Origin: Bacteroides sp. f07
GTDB taxonomy: Bacteria; Bacteroidota; Bacteroidia; Bacteroidales; Bacteroidaceae
Assembly: GCF_042854785.1 (NCBI RefSeq)
Contig: NZ_BAABXI010000001.1
Coordinates: forward strand, 2,795,656 to 2,835,655
Reading direction: 5' to 3'
Length of the DNA: 40,000 bases
The translations under genes were made by a program, and so were the position numbers. The number at the start of each line of letters is the position of its first letter. Position 1 is the first letter of the stretch. This document shows, piece after piece, positions 16,655-21,570 of the stretch. The notes below the pieces were generated by a model. It saw nothing but the letters and a program-made list of their open reading frames with translations, did not search any database and was not told where the DNA came from.

Positions 16655-17028
16655 TCTTTAATACTAACGTCTCCCAACACTACAATATAAGAGTTGAAGG
16701 TCATTCCATTCACTTCTTCTTCATCTCCGTCAGCCTTAACAAGACTTTTAAGAAGGCTTGAAACTGGAACTAATAATTGAGGATTGTCGGTCGATGATTT
16801 ATACTTTGTATAAATCGCATTTATTTGATGGACTGTTCCTTGTAGAGTAAGTAGTCCGTCACTTGTTTCATAATGCGCATCGTAGATATATTCTATTGTT
16901 TGGGTGATGTCAGTTAATGTTTTATTAAAAGCAAAAACATCCCATTTAACCATATCGCCTATGCTGAATGGTTGACCGCAACATTGCATCTGCCATCCTT
17001 CATAAAGTACTGTACAATATGTTTTCAT
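16627..17028 (-). CDS. Cassette 3: small hypothetical protein (EGWQMQCCGxPF motif)
   Basis: 133-aa ORF. The N-terminal Cys-rich motif YEGWQMQCCGQPFSIGDMVKW recurs, as I recall, in uncharacterised small proteins. The 3' end overlaps R10. Confidence 0.6.
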   Translation of the reverse strand: MKTYCTVLYEGWQMQCCGQPFSIGDMVKWDVFAFNKTLTDITQTIEYIYDAHYETSDGLLTLQGTVHQINAIYTKYKSSTDNPQLLVPVSSLLKSLVKADGDEEEVNGMTFNSYIVVLGDVSIKEVANKQHTA

Positions 17029-17044
17029 ATCTTTTATTTTTATT

Positions 17045-17101
17045 GGTTGCTAATGGTTTGCAGCTAATCGCTTTCAGTACGATTAGCCACATGTTATCGG
17101 C
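17045..17101 (-). repeat. attC-like site R11 (looks like an unoccupied intron target)
   Basis: Plus strand: GGTTGCTAATGGTTTGCA GCTAATCG CTTTCAGTA CGATTAGC CACATGTTATCGGC, with a perfect 8-bp inner stem. The left half is nearly identical to R3. Confidence 0.8.
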
Positions 17102-17108
17102 ATATTGA

Positions 17109-17480
17109 TTATTTAATGATAGTCAAATCTCCATCTACAAATCCCACTGCGATATGTTCTACTTTAAAAAGTTTTAAATCAGTAAGATCCTTGATTAAAT
17201 CTTTGAGGATAGGTGCAACAATTTCTAACACTTCTTCCCATTTTAGATTGCCTGAGATTTCAAAATCAGGACAACTCCTTTGAGTTGGTTCAAAACTTTC
17301 ATCACATGCCCAATCTTCATCCTTTTCATCAAACCAAGTAGAGCCGACCATTTCTATGCCATAAGGTTCATAAAGATTAAAGCTCAAAGCCACAATATCA
17401 GAAGGCAATTCTTCTGTTTTATCAATATTGACAATCCATTTTTTGATAATTTCCTTTAAATCATTCGTTTTAGTATTCAT
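17109..17480 (-). CDS. Cassette 2: small hypothetical protein
   Basis: 123-aa ORF, very acidic, no signal peptide. Confidence 0.6.
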   Translation of the reverse strand: MNTKTNDLKEIIKKWIVNIDKTEELPSDIVALSFNLYEPYGIEMVGSTWFDEKDEDWACDESFEPTQRSCPDFEISGNLKWEEVLEIVAPILKDLIKDLTDLKLFKVEHIAVGFVDGDLTIIK

Positions 17481-17514
17481 TTTTCTTCCTATTAAAAATT
17501 AAACATTTTATTAA

Positions 17515-17572
17515 GCCGATAATGGTTTGTGAATAGCTGACCATTAGGGCAGTTCATTCACTTGTTATTCGC
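17515..17572 (-). repeat. attC-like site R12 (same subfamily as R7)
   Basis: Plus strand: GCCGATAATGGTTTGTGAATAGCTGACC ATTA GGGCAGTTCATTCAC TTGTTATTCGC. Confidence 0.8.
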
Positions 17573-17575
17573 ATA

Positions 17576-18202
17576 TTATTCCTGTTGCCAATATGGGTGC
17601 AAAGCTGTTTCAGCTTTGAAATTCGGGATGTTAAATTCATAAATCCAATCAAGGCGAGTCCAAATGCCAGAGTTTTCACCGACCATAAGCATCCTTTCAT
17701 TACAAAAAACAGCTTCCATTTCATAAGGGCGACGACCAATTTCAAAGTTCATAACTATAAACCGAACAGGGGATTTCTCTTGCTTTGGAATCACAATAGA
17801 ATTGCATTGAAAAACCGATTTAGCTTGTTTACCTATGGACTTGTTGTTTTTACTCATTGCTTCAATAGCTTTCTTTGCGTTTCTTGATACCACCTTTGGA
17901 TTGTAACCTGGACCATATTGGGGGTTGATATCAGCAGGCAATAAGTTCATTTGCCTTGATAGCTTTACAAGTCCCTCGATAATCATCTCTTTTATATTCA
18001 TTGGGTTGATTTTACAAAACTCTTCCCATGCGGCAAGTTGTTTTTCTGTAGGAGAATTTTCATCCCCGACATCAAACCACGCAACAAAATCCCCGTCCAA
18101 AGAATTTATGTTAATTGAATGTTCGGTTTCATATAATCCAAGTTCTCCAATTCTCCAAAATTGGGGATTAAAACTTGATATGTTATTTATTGTTTTAGTC
18201 AT
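17576..18202 (-). CDS. Cassette 1: hypothetical protein
   Basis: 208-aa ORF, the first after the recombinase. No signal peptide and no recognisable motifs. Confidence 0.6.
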   Translation of the reverse strand: MTKTINNISSFNPQFWRIGELGLYETEHSININSLDGDFVAWFDVGDENSPTEKQLAAWEEFCKINPMNIKEMIIEGLVKLSRQMNLLPADINPQYGPGYNPKVVSRNAKKAIEAMSKNNKSIGKQAKSVFQCNSIVIPKQEKSPVRFIVMNFEIGRRPYEMEAVFCNERMLMVGENSGIWTRLDWIYEFNIPNFKAETALHPYWQQE

Positions 18203-18214
18203 TTTCTTTCCTTT

Positions 18215-18266
18215 GCGAATAACGTTATGCTAACAGCGGTCATTTAATGTTTCGCTGTTATTTTTT
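18215..18266 (-). repeat. First site of the array (attI-like position, between recombinase stop and cassette 1)
   Basis: Plus strand: GCGAATAACGTTATGC TAACAGCG GTCATTTAATGTTT CGCTGTTA TTTTTT, with a perfect 8-bp stem. In cassette sense the junction core reads ACGTTATTCGC, with G rather than A before TTA, unlike the other sites. Confidence 0.65.
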
Positions 18267-18278
18267 CTAAGTATTTTA

Positions 18279-18719
18279 TTAAATCTCTTCTTCTAAAATA
18301 TCGTCCAACGGACTTTTAATTTTGCTTTTGTAAGTGTCTGCAATATGGACGTACATCTCTGTTGTCTTAATATTTTCATGCCCCAACAGTTCTTTTATGA
18401 TTTTCAAGTCCGTTCCTTGTTCTATTAAATGTGTAGCGAACGAATGGCGGAACAAGTGGGGATATACTCTTTTTGTTATACCTGCTTCATGGGCTATCTC
18501 TTTCAGTTTTTTGGAAACGATACTTTCAGAGAATTGTACTCCGGCTTCACGTTCAAAAAGCCACTTTTCCGACTGATATGCTATCCTATATTCTTCCAGT
18601 TTATTGATAAACGGTTTGGATAGCAGCGTATATCGGTCTTTCTTCCCCTTCCCCTTTCCCTGTCGCACATGTATCAGTGAACAGGAAATGTTTATATCAT
18701 CCGGTTTTAAATTCAGCAT
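18279..18719 (-). pseudogene. Tyrosine recombinase, C-terminal catalytic half only (XerD-like; N-terminal half missing)
   Basis: The 146-aa ORF starts just after where the box-I Arg should be (MLNLKPDDI...). It keeps GKGKKDR, HLFRHSFATHL, LLGHENIKTTEMYVH and the C-terminal IKSPLDDI. Only about 50 aa lie between KDR and GIT, so the IntI-specific extra domain is absent. The upstream sequence is closed by stops in the same frame. Confidence 0.8.
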
Positions 18720-18761
18720 TATGTTAATTCATTTTCTTATCTACTTAATGACAATATTGGG

Positions 18762-18769
18762 CAAATTTA
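18762..18769 (-). promoter_or_regulatory. Candidate -7 promoter box upstream of recombinase remnant and array
   Basis: The minus strand reads TAAATTTG (TAnnTTTG consensus) about 43 nt upstream of ATG 18719. I saw no clear -33 TTTG. Confidence 0.3.
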
Positions 18770-19050
18770 CGCTATTTCCTTCTATTCTCTATTCTGATTT
18801 TCATCACATACATTCTGATAACTCATCAATATCGGTATAACGTCCCTAAAATACGGTTTTATTTCATCACCCACAAAAAAGCTGTTAGTTTTTTCCTCTA
18901 TCCTATAAAATAGTCTCTCTTGACTGGCAATTGCACAATGATCTGTTACATAATTCATAACTATACAATGATCAGTCTCCTATTCTCAGCATTTATAAAT
19001 GCCACTATGAGATCATTGCCGTTCATCGATTTCACCTGATTGTCGAAATA

Positions 19051-19080
19051 CCGATGAATAAGGAGATAGCGGGTGAAAGC
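19051..19080. repeat. Inverted repeat, left copy (core)
   Basis: The reverse complement of CCGATGAATAAGGAGATAGCGGGTGAAAGC matches 19395-19424 at 28 of 30 positions. Weaker similarity extends to roughly 19028-19122. Confidence 0.85.
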
Positions 19081-19162
19081 AAGTGGTAAATTCAAGTAAA
19101 ACTGAACATCAGCGGTTTCACCCTGTCTTTTCAAAATATCCCTTGAGCTAAAACAAATATCA

Positions 19163-19225
19163 TTATAGCTAATCCGGATATGCTTATAGCTAATCGAAAT
19201 ATGCTAATAGCAAATCCGCTGTCAG
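19163..19225. repeat. 3 x 21-bp tandem direct repeat (TTATAGCTAATCnnnATATGC)
   Basis: Units at 19163-19183 (TTATAGCTAATCCGGATATGC), 19184-19204 (TTATAGCTAATCGAAATATGC) and 19205-19225 (TAATAGCAAATCCGCTGTCAG, degenerate). They contain the GCTAAT motif also found in the cassette-site cores. Confidence 0.8.
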
Positions 19226-19246
19226 GTATTAATAGATAATCCATCA

Positions 19247-19334
19247 GGATCTATATATCCAACACATTGAATCTATATACTTACCGCATTGAATCTATAT
19301 ATTCAGCACGGTGGCTCTATATGTCCAGCAATCG
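19247..19334. repeat. 4 x 22-bp tandem direct repeat (GRMTCTATATRYYY...), iteron-like
   Basis: The four units are GGATCTATATATCCAACACATT, GAATCTATATACTTACCGCATT, GAATCTATATATTCAGCACGGT and GGCTCTATATGTCCAGCAATCG. Confidence 0.85.
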
Positions 19335-19394
19335 GTATAAATAAATTTGAAAGGTGAAAGCAATAACGGGAGATTTCACCTTAATTTTCTCTAC

Positions 19395-19424
19395 GCTTTC
19401 ACCCGCTATCTGCTTATTCATCGA
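19395..19424. repeat. Inverted repeat, right copy (core)
   Basis: GCTTTCACCCGCTATCTGCTTATTCATCGA. It lies inside a plus-strand open frame (19347-19529, TTG-initiated) whose translation resembles a recombinase N-terminal SAM-like domain. Confidence 0.85.
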
Positions 19425-19840
19425 TGTTTCAGAGATAAGGTGAAACAGGTGGAATTTATAAGTCAAAAGTTCATGTTATACTTATGTGAATCAGTAATTA
19501 ATTTGATACCTTCGGTTTACCTCTACTGATTATTAAAGATAAAACAACTTTTGTTTCTTCTCTCATTCCCCTGCATTTTCACAATTCCGCGACAAAGAAC
19601 AAACTCATTTTCTTCTTGGTTTATCATGGATATTGAATAAGAAAAACATAACAGAATAAGCAATAATTCATAATTAGCCTATCCAAATGAGAAATATAAA
19701 CGATAAATGATTACTATTTACTCTACAAATCCACTCATTTCCTACTATAAAACCAGAGTAATCGCAACAAAACAGATTTCGATATATAGGTCAAAAAAAA
19801 TCCTTTTTTAGTTGGCTATACAAAATTATCTTCAAAAAGA

Positions 19841-20329
19841 CTACAATACGACAATCAATCCTATGACAGTCAATGCCGTATATACACAGTTGATATAAAA
19901 GGCAACCATTAATAACCGGGGGATATATTCCGGATTCTTGAATAAGGATGAAGCCTGACTGACCAACAAAGAAAGGAAAAGTACAAGACTAAAAATGACC
20001 TGGCTTATCAGCAACCATACCGGATATTCCGGTATAGAAGATACTGCCCATGTCTGAAGCAAAGGAGTAATGTTTTGCAAAAAGACATGAGCGGCAAAAT
20101 AACTCAAAGAAGGTACAACTTCCTTTTTCTGCCGCAGAAGTGCATTTATTGCATAAATACCCATTCGAATTTGTCCCACCAGTATGGAAAGTTGAAAAAA
20201 GTAGAAAATCCAAGATATTGGATTTTCCGTGATTCTATCGGTTACGAAGTAATCATAAAAACAGAGTGAGGACACGCAGCTTATTGCTATAAGTCCGGCA
20301 CAAATAAATGAAGCACTTCTTTTATTCAT
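19841..20329 (-). CDS. Hypothetical integral membrane protein
   Basis: 162-aa ORF with about 5 hydrophobic spans and no recognisable motifs. Confidence 0.55.
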   Translation of the reverse strand: MNKRSASFICAGLIAISCVSSLCFYDYFVTDRITENPISWIFYFFQLSILVGQIRMGIYAINALLRQKKEVVPSLSYFAAHVFLQNITPLLQTWAVSSIPEYPVWLLISQVIFSLVLFLSLLVSQASSLFKNPEYIPRLLMVAFYINCVYTALTVIGLIVVL

Positions 20330-20384
20330 AACTTGCAGTATTCATCTCTACTTTACAATATATCTCCCCAAGCAGGCTTAACCG

Positions 20385-20984
20385 TTAAGGAAAAAATCCG
20401 GTTTTGTCTTTATCGGTTATTTCCCGAATTACCTTACAAGGGACTCCTGCGGCAATTACATTTTCCGGAATATCCTTGGTTATCACACTCCCTGCACCAA
20501 TCACCGAATTCTGTCCGATAGTAACGCCACCCATAATATGAACTCCAGCACCAATCCATACATTATCTCCAATAGTTATCGGACGGGCATAACATCCGCC
20601 CATGACACGTTCCTGCGGGTCGAGTGCATGATTTGCCGTGTACAGCCCTACTCGTGGACCAAACAACACATTATCGCCTATCGTAATATGATTCCCGTCC
20701 AACATGATACAATCAAAATTAGCGAAGAAATTATTCCCGATACTTATATTAAATCCGAATTCACACCGGAAGTTGGGTTCAAAGTGAACACTATCGCCGA
20801 TATGTTTCAACAGTTTTCCCAATAACGCTTCACGGATTTCTTTAGGTTTCCCATATGTAGCATTGTATTCATTAGTCAGAAAGACTGCCTGCTCCCTTCT
20901 CTGAACCAGTTCCGCAGACAAATCATTATACATTTCTCCTGAAAGCATTCTTTCACTCAATTTTTTATTTTCCATATATGTCAT
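20385..20984 (-). CDS. Maltose/galactoside-type sugar O-acetyltransferase (left-handed beta-helix)
   Basis: The N-terminal Mac domain (MLSGEMYN...ELVQRREQA) is followed by hexapeptide repeats (ITIGDNVLFGPRVGLYT...ITIGDNVWIGAGVHIMGGVTIGQNSVIGAGSVI). Confidence 0.85.
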   Translation of the reverse strand: MTYMENKKLSERMLSGEMYNDLSAELVQRREQAVFLTNEYNATYGKPKEIREALLGKLLKHIGDSVHFEPNFRCEFGFNISIGNNFFANFDCIMLDGNHITIGDNVLFGPRVGLYTANHALDPQERVMGGCYARPITIGDNVWIGAGVHIMGGVTIGQNSVIGAGSVITKDIPENVIAAGVPCKVIREITDKDKTGFFP

Positions 20985-20993
20985 GGCGTTTTC

Positions 20994-21536
20994 TTAAAGT
21001 CCCTTTGTTATCACCGGAAGTCCGAAGAAGCCTTTCTGTAAAGTCAGTGTCTTTGTTTTGCCTGTCCGTGTCTTATTATAAGTAGAAAGTGATACGTGCA
21101 ACGTTTCCACCGTCCCATTCTCAAAAGCCACTTGCAGATAGTATTCCTTACGCACACCATCCGACACATAACGCCGTCTACCTACCCTGCGTGTTTTCTT
21201 ATGCGTCTCCTGATACTTCTTCTGCACAATAACTTTTTCTTCCTGCGTCGAAGCAGGATCCGCCAGGCAATAATTGCCCACAAGGAACAGTGCATAACTG
21301 ACAGCCCCCACACAAATCACATGAGAAAGCAGATTGAGTATTTTATCTTCCCCCGCCGTCAGCCATGCCCACTTTTTATAAAGGGGAATTGTAAGAGCAG
21401 CTATCATCAAAGCCACTCCGACAGGTATCCACCAATCGGCCAACGTATCTTCATAAACAATATAGCCGACGGCACACGAAATAATAACTATAAAAAGCAT
21501 CAGTACACGAAGTACCTTAATAAATACAGATTTCAT
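20994..21536 (-). CDS. Hypothetical membrane protein
   Basis: 180-aa ORF with three N-terminal TM spans and a basic C-terminal soluble domain. Confidence 0.55.
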   Translation of the reverse strand: MKSVFIKVLRVLMLFIVIISCAVGYIVYEDTLADWWIPVGVALMIAALTIPLYKKWAWLTAGEDKILNLLSHVICVGAVSYALFLVGNYCLADPASTQEEKVIVQKKYQETHKKTRRVGRRRYVSDGVRKEYYLQVAFENGTVETLHVSLSTYNKTRTGKTKTLTLQKGFFGLPVITKGL

Positions 21537-21570
21537 GATATTGCAGTATTAACTCTGCAAATATACGGAA

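Noticed and set aside
17554-17745. 63-aa minus-strand ORF overlapping the 3' end of cassette 1 and site R12.
   Set aside because: It is an alternative frame inside a better-supported 208-aa ORF, and it runs through the repeat.
7964-18266. Regularly spaced palindromic repeats could suggest a CRISPR array.
   Set aside because: The intervals are 300-650 bp (plus two of about 2.3 kb) and are filled with ORFs. The repeats are imperfect and their outer arms differ from copy to copy. No cas genes or leader are present.
7964-18266. The hairpins could simply be Rho-independent terminators after each small gene.
   Set aside because: In cassette sense none is followed by a T-tract. The cassette-specific complementary outer arms are not explained by a terminator role. 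A partial attenuating effect cannot be excluded.
7964-18719. Canonical integron (IntI plus attI plus attC cassettes).
   Set aside because: The recombinase fragment lacks the IntI-specific insertion and is co-oriented with the cassettes. The cores are TAAC/ATTA rather than RYYYAAC/GTTRRRY. The architecture is analogous to an integron, not demonstrably homologous to one.
19347-19529. 60-aa plus-strand ORF called as a possible gene.
   Set aside because: It starts at TTG right after a stop and ends after 60 codons with nothing downstream. It is homologous to the inverted recombinase N-terminal remnant, so I treat it as a gene fragment (see findings).
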